DNA from: Intoshia linei
Taxonomy: Eukaryota; Animalia; Orthonectida
Reading direction: 5' to 3'
Assembly: GCA_001642005.1 (NCBI GenBank)
Contig: LWCA01000034.1
Coordinates: 1 to 64,000, forward strand
DNA: 64,000 nucleotides
Under the pieces are notes generated by a model, which worked only from the letters and a program-made list of their open reading frames with translations, made no database searches and was not told the DNA's origin. Shown here in pieces: positions 23,360 through 36,100 of the stretch. The stretch's first letter is position 1, and each line of letters begins with the position of its first letter. The position numbers were made by a program, and so were the translations under genes.

Positions 23360-26300
23360 ATGAGTCGCGAAATTTACAAGTATACCTTTAAATTTTAATA
23401 AATAATAAAAATTAATGTTATTATACAATTTAGGGAAATTTTGTGCCTGTCAGATGTAATGAACTGTAAGATGAATGAAATGAATTTCACCTGTGATGAT
23501 TTGACTCAACCGAATATGGCCCACCTTCGCAAAAAGTATTTATCAGTTTAAATTCAGTAATTTATAGATCGATAATATGATATAACATAAGTAGAAGGTG
23601 TGGTGTAAAGAGAAGTTAAATTTACTTTTGTTTAATATGCGAAATGTATTAATTTCTAATTTTTTCGTTTAATGCAGCTCGAGTAGAGATTGTTGTTAAA
23701 TAAAATCTTTTATTAATATATTTTTCACTAAAATACACCATTTATACGCTAACCGTCCTTGATTCTTCGATAGACTTGACACCCTAATCTACATGTATTT
23801 TAAATTTAGAATCGCACAATTTTGTCAAGATTTTTTACTTTTAAATATCAATACAAAGTTTATAAAAGTTGTAGATATATTATGGAAATGTTATGCATAT
23901 CAGATGATTACTAAATATCGAAAAGACGTAACATTTAATTTTTAAAATTAAACTTAAATTATATTAAATTTAATAAATTTCCGTATAATTTTATAGAAAC
24001 TAAAGTCTCCAAAATTGAAATACAATTTTTTTAAATACCAAAATTTTTTGAGTGAATGTGTCTGCTTTTATTTGAAACTATTACATCGATTGAAAAGTCG
24101 TTATATTCTTGAAAATACAATTCAATTCTCTGCAAAAATTGAACAAGACTATATATTTATATGTAATAATTTTAAAATGTATTTGTTACTTATTTTTAGG
24201 GGACGATTCAGCACTTAATAAATTACCTCTGGAAGATTTTACCATTTTAAATGAAGCCATTTGCAATATTTATTGTCACATTGGACATTTATATAGATAC
24301 ATGACAAATGAAATCAAGAAGGGTCCATCAATTGAAATGAATAAATCTATTCTTATGTACAATTTTGCTATATTTGCTTACCCAATGAAAGGAATCACCT
24401 TTAATTATCTTTCCATCGTAGCTCAATCGACAAATAATTATCTTGATGCGTTATATTATTACATGAGATGGTATTTTATTTTTTTATTGTATTTTTGATT
24501 GGTATAATAATTAACTATTGATTTGCTAGCATGGATTCTTATCAACCTTATGACGGCCTCAAAACGAATATGTTAATGTATCACAAATGTATGCGATGTG
24601 ACATTGCAAATTGGTATATTTTTCATTGTATTTCTTATTACTTTTGTGTTTAGTGCTTCCTCTATATGGAAAATCGACGAAGTTAATAAAATTATATTAC
24701 TGTTTACAAGAAACATTATAAAAATTTTTGACGTGTACTTTACAAATGAAATATAGTTGATTTTTTCAATTTAGCGATAAAATCAAAAGTAATTTCCACA
24801 ATGTTAATGATATTTCTTCGCCATATATTAATGATCAAAAGTTTAAACAACTATTGTGTGAAATTACAACAAATTCAATTATCAAGGTTTATTTTTAAAT
24901 TTTAAATTTCAAAATTTAGATTTCTACATGTACATTAATAATGTTGGATAATTGTAAATCTATCGGTATTTTGGGGCTATCTTAGTTTTATTAGTTGTTT
25001 TTTAGATTATATTTTCAATGAGAGCATGCGATTTATGTATTGGTTATTTATTTTACTTGTTGATAAGGCCAATGATGTTTTTAAATCTTTATATATTGAA
25101 GATGTTATTTATAGTAATTTTAATTTGTTTTTTTATTAATTTTTTTAGATTTACAACAAGATATTTCAACGCTACATTATTTACAATGTTTTGAATATTG
25201 TCCTAAAATTAAAAATGCGATTTTGCACAGTATTTGTGGTTTATTTTTAGTTTAAATTAAATAATATTCAGAAAAAAAAGAGTAAATAGTTAATGTAACG
25301 TGACATTGACATTTTTTATGTATGTTAACTGGAAAAACCTGTATTAAATGTGATATTTTTAAACCTAAGACTTATATTCTATATTTTTATAAAAAAGGAA
25401 ATTTGGGTTTTGACATCAATTTCTGAAAATGAAATTTAAGATAAAATATCACTCAAAAATCTTTAGAAATTGATGTTTTTAAAACCCTACACTACTTTTT
25501 TTAAAAAAATGAAATAAAAGGAAATAAGTTTTATTTAAAATTTTGATTAATTCGACTTTTACAACACTTGGTGGACTGTAGTATTTTTATAAATCTTTTA
25601 CTTATCCAGTAAACGAGTGTATGTCATGTATTATTTTAAAAACTATCCAGGATTTATGTTTTATAAAATTATAGTACGTTTCATTTTTTAAAAATGGGAT
25701 AATTTGTGGTTTTGACCATGAAGGTGTGCGTTTCTGAGGCTGAGATTTACGACAATGTTAATCGTTTTAAAACGCGTCTAAGAATGTATGTTTTATTAAA
25801 TTTTTGTGTTGATTTATTGTTAAAAAAAAGGGAAAATTGGGTTTTTCACCATAAAGGACTCAAATTCGGAAACTGAAAAATAGATATAAACACGCACTGT
25901 GAAAAACGGTATTAGAAATTTATTTAAATATATTTATATATTAAATTCTACAACAGTCAATGTTTTAAATAAACGGTTACGACACACACAGACATTCAAT
26001 TTTATATAAGTCAAGGATACTTTTTGGCAGCTAGCTCTGCCGTGAGCGTAGGGTTGCCAACTGCGTTATTTTCCCCCTGAGAATTCGGTTCAACTTAATG
26101 TTGGTAACCCGACGTGAGAGGAATTTTTAATTTTAAGACAAATCTTTTTTAATTGGTATAATTAAGAGATTAAAAACTATTCGTTTTTTAATGTATTTAT
26201 AATTATTACTTTTTGCATTATTTAATCAATATCTAGTAGATAATACATCAATTGACGATGAATCTAGTGACGTTTCTTCAAAATCATCATCTATGACATC

Positions 26301-29300
26301 TTATGAATATCTTTCTGATGGCGAAAAAGACGTACAATATGAGTAATTTTTAAAATTTGATTATCATATTTGATTGATATTTTTAATTCTGTCGTATTCA
26401 GTATTGGTCCAAAGTTGATTTTTTAATGGGTATGAGGAAATTCGGTGAAATGCCATTACATTGTATTTAAAAGATCATTTTAGGTAGCCACTTAAATCTT
26501 GACTCTTAAAATTATAATCATCAATAAATACAATAGTGTACTACATGTATTTAGTAATTAACATTACATAATTATGTAAAAACAAAATTCGATATAGTTT
26601 TTATTTTATTAAAATTGTATTATCTAAATCAGTGGCTCCCAAATTTTTTACATCATGGACCACTTGTCAAAAAAAAAGAAGTGTCTGTGGACCACTTAAT
26701 TTTTATAAAAATCGATTTAATCCGAAAAAATATTACTATGGTAACTTTTATTATTTATTCCTCCTTAAATCGAAAATTTTAAATATTAACTGTGGGATAG
26801 AGAAGATTTTACATTAATTAAAGTGGTTCTATGTCATAGTGAAATCTTAATTATGATCACGATAACCGACTCCAGTGTCTTTCCCGAATCTTTTCTTTGA
26901 AGTTTAAACTCTACGAAATTTTGGTAAATGGGCCTTATTTTTCAAAAGTAAGTACTAATAAAATTATTTTCTTAAATATCAGCTATTTTATGTATCTTTT
27001 TTATTATTATTTTGGTTGCCTCTAGCTATTTAGATTCTAAATAGAAGGGTCACCAATGCTGATACTACGGTTGACTTTTTTGTAAATTTTGGTAGTGGAT
27101 ACCGTTTTCTAGATTGAATATTTTCTTTAAAAATTATGAGAATTTTGTTTTTATTAATAATACATTTAGATACCTTGTAAATTTTCCTAAATATAACATT
27201 AATAACAAGGTTTTACTTTTTATGAACCCAGTTAAATCTGCCATTGTATCAGGTAATTAAATTATATGATTTCAAATTAATTTTCATATTAAACTTTAGA
27301 TTTTGAATATAATGAAGAAATTGTGAATATATGCATGGACGAAATTGAAAAAAAATCTAAACCATATGACGAAAAGATCTATTTACGTAATTCAAAATTA
27401 AAAGATGGTAAGATACTACTGTTAAATATTAATTTAATTTATTAGAAAAAAAACTCACAGTTGACGTATTAAGGTATTTTCAATGGTATATAATTATAAT
27501 TAATATATTTCCATTTTAGTTTAAAGAAAAAAATTGTTGCAGGAATAAACAATTTAATTGAAATTTTTTCAAGTGCTTCAATATTTGAAATTAATCTTTT
27601 TGTTACTTATTTATCTAAGGCTGACACTAAAATTTTGGATTTTATCGGAAAGGTAATATTACAATGGAGTCTTAAATTTGAACTAAGGATAACGTTAAAC
27701 AATAACTGATATGATTCAGTGACGACTTTCTAACTTGGGCTAGTCGGGCAAAACCCGAGTTGATATTTTTATATTTTTTGAAAAATTATAAAAATATTAA
27801 AAAAAATAAAATATTTAATATTTTCGAGTGTTAAATTTTTTAATAATTGTTAAATTAATTTCTAATTTGTAAATATGAACACAATTATATATTCAGTCTG
27901 AAATTCAGAAAAGATTATTCACTTGACAATCATTTGTAAGCGAAATATTTGCATAAATGTTTAAATTAAATCAATTTAAATACACATAACTCGGGCACAT
28001 TTTCATTTGACTAGTAATAAATCTAAAGATTAAATTTATATTTACATCTAAAATTTTATGAGAAATTATTTATATTTTAGTTATGTCAATTTTAAATATC
28101 GTTACAAAAAATTTGAATCTTCATTTTATATTTATAATTTTCAGATTTAGTTTATATAATTACTTCTTATTTGTAAATTTTTTATTGATATTTATTATTT
28201 TCAAATATAATTTGAAAAAAAAAATGTGTGGTTGTCATAGAAATTTTAGCCAGAGTCGCCACTGATATGATTCTGTTATGTGACCATTTTTATTTAGAAA
28301 CAATATGAAAAATCTTGCTTATTATTTAATTTTATCAATAAAATTCCATGCAATGAGATACTAAAGAAAATTGGTTGATTTAATTAAACTGTAATGTTAT
28401 TATTTTAGTCAAAACTTTTTTAAAATTTAAAACTGAATCAAATGAAAACATTATAAATTTAAATTGCGACTTTGATGAACTAAACGACATAAATTTAAAT
28501 CTATATGCTACGGGAATGAAAATTTTCAATACGGACTCAAATGCGGTCACGTTTTCTAATACAAAATTTGAAAATGAAAGCTTTTTTGATTCCAATTTTA
28601 GTATGGTATAAATATTTAAGACCTTATTGTATATGTCTAATTGCGAGTTTTAGAATTGTAAGAGGTTAATCAATTGTAAAAAATTTGTCGATAAAATGTA
28701 TGAAAACTATTATAAAGATAAATATGAAAAAAATGAATACAAATTTTACACACGATACGAAGTTTTGATGTTATTATAAAATATTATTTTTGTTAGATGA
28801 AACCACGCACAATGCCGGTAAAAGGAGTCGGGTTAACAGAAAAAACAATGGAGAATTTGGCTGCTTTACGATTAAAAGATGACATTAAAAATTTGAAAAT
28901 GAAAACAGATTACCAATATTTAAACAAACCGTTATTGGTATATATTCACTCTTCTTGTTTTTTCGAAGGAATGGTTAAATTGAAAAAAATTTACGATGTC
29001 ATCGAGGAATGTATATTAATTATTCCATCGTGTGGTATTTAAAAGTACGACTTTTTCTTATAAATGTAGCTATACAACAAATTGATCACGATAAGAAAAC
29101 TGATGTAAATTGTCGAGAAGCAAACCGCTGGTTAGAATCTAAATTAGAAAGAGGCTTGTAAATTAACCTTTAAATTTTTTAATATTATCTTTAGGGCAAT
29201 TTTAACTCAACCAGATATGATTAATGTGGCTCATTTGAATAAAAAGTTTGTGTCAATTTATGAATTTATTGAATTATTAGTTTTGAATTTATTTTGGATT

Positions 29301-29522
29301 GCATTTCATGGTGTAAGGAAAATAACGATTTAATTGAAATGTACAACGGAATACAATTTTTGTCTAGTTTTACAATGACAATGACTCAGTCCCTAAGGGA
29401 AAAGACTAAAAAATCTAGTATTAATTTTTTTTCCGTGTTTAGTCAGTAATTGTTTAGATATTTCATTTTACAAATTGAAAGACTTTTATGATATTAACAT
29501 GAAATTAGCAAATAATCGATAA
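23360..29522 (+). CDS. SMG5: Nonsense-mediated decay factor SMG5/EST1B-like: EST1/14-3-3-like TPR region plus C-terminal degenerate PIN domain, multi-exon
   Basis: N-terminal region: ...VVDILWKCYAYQMI...ICNIYCHIGHLYRY...MYNFAIFAYPMKGITFNYLSIVAQSTNNYLDALYYYMR. C-terminal region: TMENLAALRLKDDIKNL..LVYIHSSCF...ILIIPSCAIQQIDHDKKTDVNCREANRWLE, parallel to SMG5 LMRDMAQLRL..VPDT..IIPRTVIDGLD.LKK...ARD.IRYLE. Central exons are only approximately resolved. Confidence 0.8.
27717..28264. mobile_element. hAT-type MITE in an SMG5 intron
   Basis: TIRs are CAGTGACGACT and AGTCGCCACTG, with a perfect 8-bp TSD ATATGATT at 27709-27716 and 28265-28272. Confidence 0.85.
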
Positions 29523-29573
29523 TTTTGTGGGTTGTATCATTTAAAATTGTTAATAAATATTTCTCGATTAAGC

Positions 29574-31548
29574 ATGTCTTATTTAACCGATAGAATTTAC
29601 AAGGCCCGAAACAAATTTGAGAAACAAAAGTATAAAAAAGATACGGAATATTTTTATAGAAGATGCTTGGGATTGTATGAAAATGCAGCATTAGATTATG
29701 AAAATTATCAAGAAATGAGCAAAGATAAAAATATTGATGAGAATAAAATTAAAGGAAGGTCTTTTATTATAATTGTATTAGTTGAACTTTTTTCCTTCAT
29801 TATCATGAATTTTATAATTGGAGCTCCAGTAATTTTTTATACGTATACTGGTGGTATAATGTTTTCATATGTTGAAAGTGAAAATGCTATTAAGGTTTGT
29901 TATGAAACGAAACAAACGTTTATTGATCTACAACTTTCCACGATAAATAATATTTTTGATATTTATGATGCTTTTGGAAAGGATGATCTGCATAATGACA
30001 GTTTGAATATTAACTCTTTGATTAGTAAGGTTTTTTCTTTTTATTTATATTTTTGATAGATAACGAAAATTATATTATGACTGCTACGGAATTAGCAAAT
30101 TTTAATGTTACTTTGGCTCAAAATTCGACAAATACAAATACCAATGAAATTGATAATCCTACGAGTGCCATGAGGGAAATTTTGGAAAGATTTATTATTA
30201 AAGTGAACGAAATTAACTATCGGTCTGGTTTATGTGAGGAGATATCGATAAAGGAATGGGGAGTAAAATCTGGATTCCTTTATGCATTGAGTATAATGTC
30301 TACTATAGGTATGTTTATTTGTATTTATACATTTTCTATTTTAAGGTTACGGACACGTAACTCCAAAAACAATTTATGGTCAAATAGCGACAATATTATA
30401 CGGAATAATTGGAATACCAATATTTTTGATATGGATTGCAATACTTGGAAGTTATGCGGCTCGATTCACTAAATTTGCATTATATTCAATTACAAAAAGT
30501 TTGTTTTCTTTGATATACTACACTTCAAAGCAAGAAGACAATGACCACCAAGAAAACGTAATGACTATGGCTGAATTGGAGGATGAACAATACTGTCAAG
30601 ATGATGTCATGGGAAGTACTAAACTAGCTTCTTTTCCTATATCTCTTGTTTTGATTATATTGGCTTTAAATTTTGTAGTGGGAATGTTCATATTTGTTAA
30701 AATTGAAGGAAGGTCATATTCAACAATGTTATACTTTTGCTTTATTACTCTTTCAACCATTGGATTTGGAGATATTGTTCCAGGGTTTAGAAATGATAGT
30801 GAAGTGTATTTGTATATTACTATTGCTTACATTATCATTGGAATCGCGCTTGTTTCTATGTGCTTGTCCCTCATTCAGGATCAATTGTATTCTAGCTTTG
30901 GTAATTTTTTATTATTCTATATAGTGGATATATTGTGTCTCAGGCTTGTCAACTGAGGTTCATATGATATAAATTTTTAACTTTTTCTACCTTTAACCCA
31001 GTGACATGTTAGCATGTACATGAGTGTTCGCCAAATTATTTTTGAGTGCTGCCCTTGAAGGACTAAAAAAATGTCGCGTCACCCTTCTAAAGAATTTAAA
31101 ATTTGTTTTGTGGCATAGAAACCTGAAAAGATGCAGAAAACTATGCGAGAAGCTCTAAATGTTATTTTCTATCAACTCTTAAATATTTTATTAAGGATTG
31201 GCGCAAACACGAGCCTATCCAGTAGTATTAGCAATGCTGATGACATCATTGAAATACACAATTAGATTTTCACACGTCATTACATGGACTGTTTACTTGT
31301 GCTGTCGTAAAAATGTTTAGGCTTTAATCGTTCCAATTTTATCATGTTCGATGACCCAAATTCGGTCGTGAAGTTTGCAATGTAAAGTTTGCGTGATAGT
31401 ATTTTTTTTAAATATTATCATGTCATCTAAATATTAATATTTTTATTTAGCTACATTAATGACTAAATTCAATAAATTGCAAGTGAAAGTACGCAAAATG
31501 TTTGATAGGGGTAGCAAAACCCGACAAGAAATTGAAAGAATTTTATAA
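29574..31548 (+). CDS. Two-pore-domain (K2P/TWIK family) potassium channel, 4 exons
   Basis: Exons: 29574-30024, 30060-30308, 30346-30900, 31451-31548. M1 ...YTYTGGIMFSYVE; P1 W...SGFLYALSIMSTIG|YGHVTPKT; M2 ILYGIIGIPIF; P2 YFCFITLSTIGFGDIVPG; M4 YIIIGIALVSMCLSLIQ. Confidence 0.93.
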
Positions 31549-32394
31549 TTTGATACGTTAATTTCATCTCTAAAACTTGCACTTTAATTTATTTAAATTT
31601 GATATTCTAAATAAACTTTCATTTTATTGGATGGTAAAAATGAATCATTAGTAAGGATTCTTTACTTATTTATTGTAGGTAAAAGTTTGTCTGTGTGTAA
31701 CGATTTAATTAGAAAAACAACAGCGTCAAAACTTTAAAGAATAAATGCCAAGTCATTTTTTCTGCTTCAGAAAGTAACATCATAAACAGAAGTTTAGAGC
31801 TTCACGGTAAAAACACCAAATTACCCATTAGTTTAAAAAATGAAATAAACATTGTTCTAGAATTTTAATAAAATCGTATTGTATTGACTCACAGCTGAGA
31901 TTAATATAATTCAATATAACATAAAATTAACCTATGGCAAGTTAATAACGAGGAAAATTAATTGTTTTTCACCATTTATAAAACTTAATTATACAATTAA
32001 TTCTGAACCGTACAGGATATTTTTGGTAAATTTAAAATATACTAGGCTCTATCAGCACCCTAAACCATGACTGGCGAATTGTATCATGGCCGTATGGAAT
32101 CTATTTGAAACTTGAGAATAATTAATAAAATTTTGTTTGAAACTTTTCAAAAGATCTCGCCACATCTTATTAGCCTAATATGATGTTGCTAAAAATTAGC
32201 AGCGAAATGTATTATGTACTATATATATCTATCTAGTTACTGCCATGTAAATTTATTTTTACAAAGTAAACTTGACCAAAATAATTGATTATCTCTAATA
32301 AGTTATTAAATAACGCATGTATGTATTAATGAAATGCTTCAAAATGTTAATTCATTAAAAATAACAATGTTTTTAACTAACAATAATAAATATT

Positions 32395-32706
32395 TAATGA
32401 TAATAATATTAACGATTTAATTTCTCGAATTCTGGTTATTCACATTATTTAAATTGTATTCAAACAAAAAATAAAGCTAGAAACAAATTTAAAAAAATAA
32501 ACTGTATAACTAAACATGGAGAACAATATTATAAAGTCGGTACCACGTTTAAAAGCTTAAACGCCAATTTCCATTAAATTCAAATGGTCAAGCTAACTTC
32601 ACCGTTAGGATTTGGCCGAAAATATTTTACAATAGTTATTATTTTAATAATACTATAATTTTAAGCCATAAGGATATTTTTTCTAAATACTCATGAGACA
32701 CCTTAA
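32395..32706. mobile_element. Terminal fragment of the transposon family at 1-1194
   Basis: GCTAGAAACAAATTTAAAAAAATAAACTGTATAACTAAACATGGAGAACA...CCACGTTTAAAAGCT is shared with 912-1010; it ends GACACCTTAA. Confidence 0.7.
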
Positions 32707-33112
32707 TGTACATTGTGCAATGTAATATAAACATCCATTTCAATGCCATAATAAAGTAATAAAACATATTGTTATTTATTAATTTTAATAATTAATACGT
32801 TCACTACATATGCATAAAATATATTTAAGTAGTAAAAATACAATAATGATTGGTAATAAATTAATATTAATAAATATATCTAAAATTTAACAAATTGATA
32901 AAATATCCAGCAACGTAAATTTAAAATCCTAGCAATCTAAATAAAAATATTTCTTGTAACCAACAAATTTTAAAATGTTATTCGAATGGTTTACGTTTAA
33001 ATGTTTGTGTATGAATCGCTTCAGTTTGTAAATTGACATAATTAGATTTTTTGTGAATCGATTTTCAGTTACCGTATTAAGTATTGTTTATTTTATAGTC
33101 AAATTGTGAAAT

Positions 33113-36100
33113 ATGGAAAAGTATAAAACTGCCGAAGAGTATGAAAAAATTATTAATCAATTGGATCAAGACAGAAGACGGATATTATCAAATACTTATG
33201 ACAAGTATCCAAATAACAATTCTCATGATTTTTCAAAATCTCAGTATATATCTGCTCCTATACAAAAATGTAATTCAGTGTCAAGTTTACGTAAGTATTT
33301 TTCCATTTAGTCATGTATACTTTCATTTAAATGTTAAATTTTATAGAATCAAAAATATAATACTAAAATAATGAACTATTAATTTTAAGTTTAAACAAAC
33401 CATCCAGGGTGTAAAGTTTTCAAATTGAGTTGACAATGTTATTATATTGTATACATATTATGTATGTATTATAGAACTGTGATCCTTATATAATAATAGT
33501 TTCATTAATATTAATTAAATTTGCGCTATAGATAAAACATACCCACAAAATTCAAATTTCAAGCATTCTTATGAAAATATTAATGATATTAAAAATGAAG
33601 TATACGAATTAAAATCAAAAAATCAAGTATTTAAAAATTTGTTAAATTCGGTAAATACTATACATTATAATACAGTGATGTCTAACTCATTCCAGGGTTC
33701 TCATTCTTGTCCAAAAATTTTGTTTTCCTATAAAACAGAGTTCTCGAAATTAAAGCGGTTTCTTCTGGGAAATGGTTATAAAATATTTCATACTCTTTTA
33801 TTTGACTTTTTTCTTTCTTTTGCTTTAATTTTGAACCGCTGTTTTATTATGACTAGTGACAATTAACCACATTAAACACATTTCTGAATAATTCGACCAT
33901 TAGCTACATCTACAGTGTAAACTCTACACATTGTATATTGGGATCCTAATATCTTGTTTATTCAACTTTAAGTATAATTTTAGAGAGATTTGAATTACTC
34001 TGCTAAATCTGAATTAATGACACCTAATGAAGAAATTTTTAAAAAATCCTATATCAGTGAAAAAAACGTTAAACTAAAGTAATGATTTCAAATAAAATTA
34101 ATTAATTATCTTAATTTAGACAACATGAAATTGAAGTATTAAAAATGGATTTAAAGGATAAAACAACAAAAATAGACCAATACGAAAGATTAAATGAAAA
34201 ATTGATGCAGGTATTATTACTTTTATTTAAATTCAATTTAAATTTTCTATTTAAAAATTTGAATACTGCAGTTATTCAACAAAATATACAATTAATCTCA
34301 TGATGTCATATAACCTAACAGGATGTACATTGTAAGAAAAATTTTAAATAAAATAAAGATAACCTTTTTTTAACAATAATATTAAATTATAATATTATTA
34401 AATATCGATTATTTATTATTATGATTAGTGAACGTAAACATCATTTAATCAAAATGAAGTAAAAATTTACTAAATAACGTGAATAATTTTCACGTGCGTT
34501 AAATTTAATCTATATAACGATTTAACTTAGTTTGATTGTAGTTCCCGGAACCGAACCTAGCAAGCTCGCGCCACTCCAAAAATAAAAAATAGCCCCTTAA
34601 AAATTTTGTAAATGAATTATAATGTCATATAACTTATTCACCTTTCTAAGACTCTTGAGTTGTGATTTTAAATTTAACACTTAAATTCGTTGATATTCAA
34701 GAATTTTTGTAATGCTCAATTTAGTAAATTAAAGCCTCCATTTTAGAAAAAATTTCGTCGAGATCCCTCGATGAAAGTATCTCGCATACGGTAGATTCGG
34801 CACTGGTAGTTCATCATAAGTATGTTTGAAATTAATAATTTTTTTAAACACGTTATTGAAGCTACCATGTTAAAATTAATGTAAAATTTTCGATTCAAGG
34901 AGGAATGTATAAAAAAAATTAAAATATTACCTTAGTGACGTGTTCAGTATTAAGGGGATTTTTATAAAAAATTATATCGTCCATACACATTTTTTTTTTG
35001 ACAAGTGGTCCATGGTGGACAAAGTTTGAGAACCACTGTATTAGTGTGTCAACTTTTGTAAAAAGTAAGTTTTTAAACTCAGTACTTTTAAGAGTAAACT
35101 TATTTTTAAAAATGATTAATTTTTTCAATCAGATTGGTTTTTCAATCAATGAATTGGAAAATGGCATTAAATAAATAATTAAATTTTCAATACTATATAC
35201 CAATAGCAACTAACGCATCAGTTAAAATATTATTTTTTTACATGGTTTATTCACGTTATTAATTGAAACTGAATTTTAAAATATAATAAAAACTTCAGTT
35301 ATACAAAAATTAATATATAACAAAGTATCTATTCTACTAAAAAATTTAATTATCTACTTTCAATGATACTACAAATGTAGTCTATTATAAAATTGGAATA
35401 TTATCTTACGAAAAACATCAGTTATTCATTTATAATATAATTCATTTCCTATTTCCATCGAAAATTAGAAATATTAATTGTATGTTTTGAATTTTTTACA
35501 TTTTGTGAACGAAAACTGAAAATTCATCAAATTTTTTAAACTTTTACTAAAATTTGAAAAAAAAAGACTTACTGATTTTTTTATTTTGTAAAACTAAGTA
35601 CTTAGTACTTACTGAGTTTTAAAAAAAAATTTTACTGTGTTTTACTGTACTAAGTTTCCAAAAAAACTAAGTTAAACACACTAGTACAGAGGTCTAATTG
35701 GTTTTTCGTAGATTCTTCCAATTAAAGTTAAATCTTATCAATTTAAATTTATTTAAATTTTACGTGAAATGGTTTCTCCGCCCCTGCACTAAATTATTCA
35801 CAAATTGGAAACTCTATTTGTATAGGAAAATTAGTTTAATATTATAATTACATATCAATTTGCAATTAAAATTGGCCATAATTATTCTACCTTTCTTTGT
35901 TTGCTCAATGACTTTGACTTCAAAAATCGAAAATATCCATTGCATTAAAAAAGAAAAATAAACAAATAATTATAATATTACCTGTTATAATATTGCACCA
36001 AATACTACCATACTATTAGATAACATTTATCTAATAATTATGTTGAACATTATATTACCTGTGCATAAAATATTATTTGGCGCAATTAATGTTTTATTTT

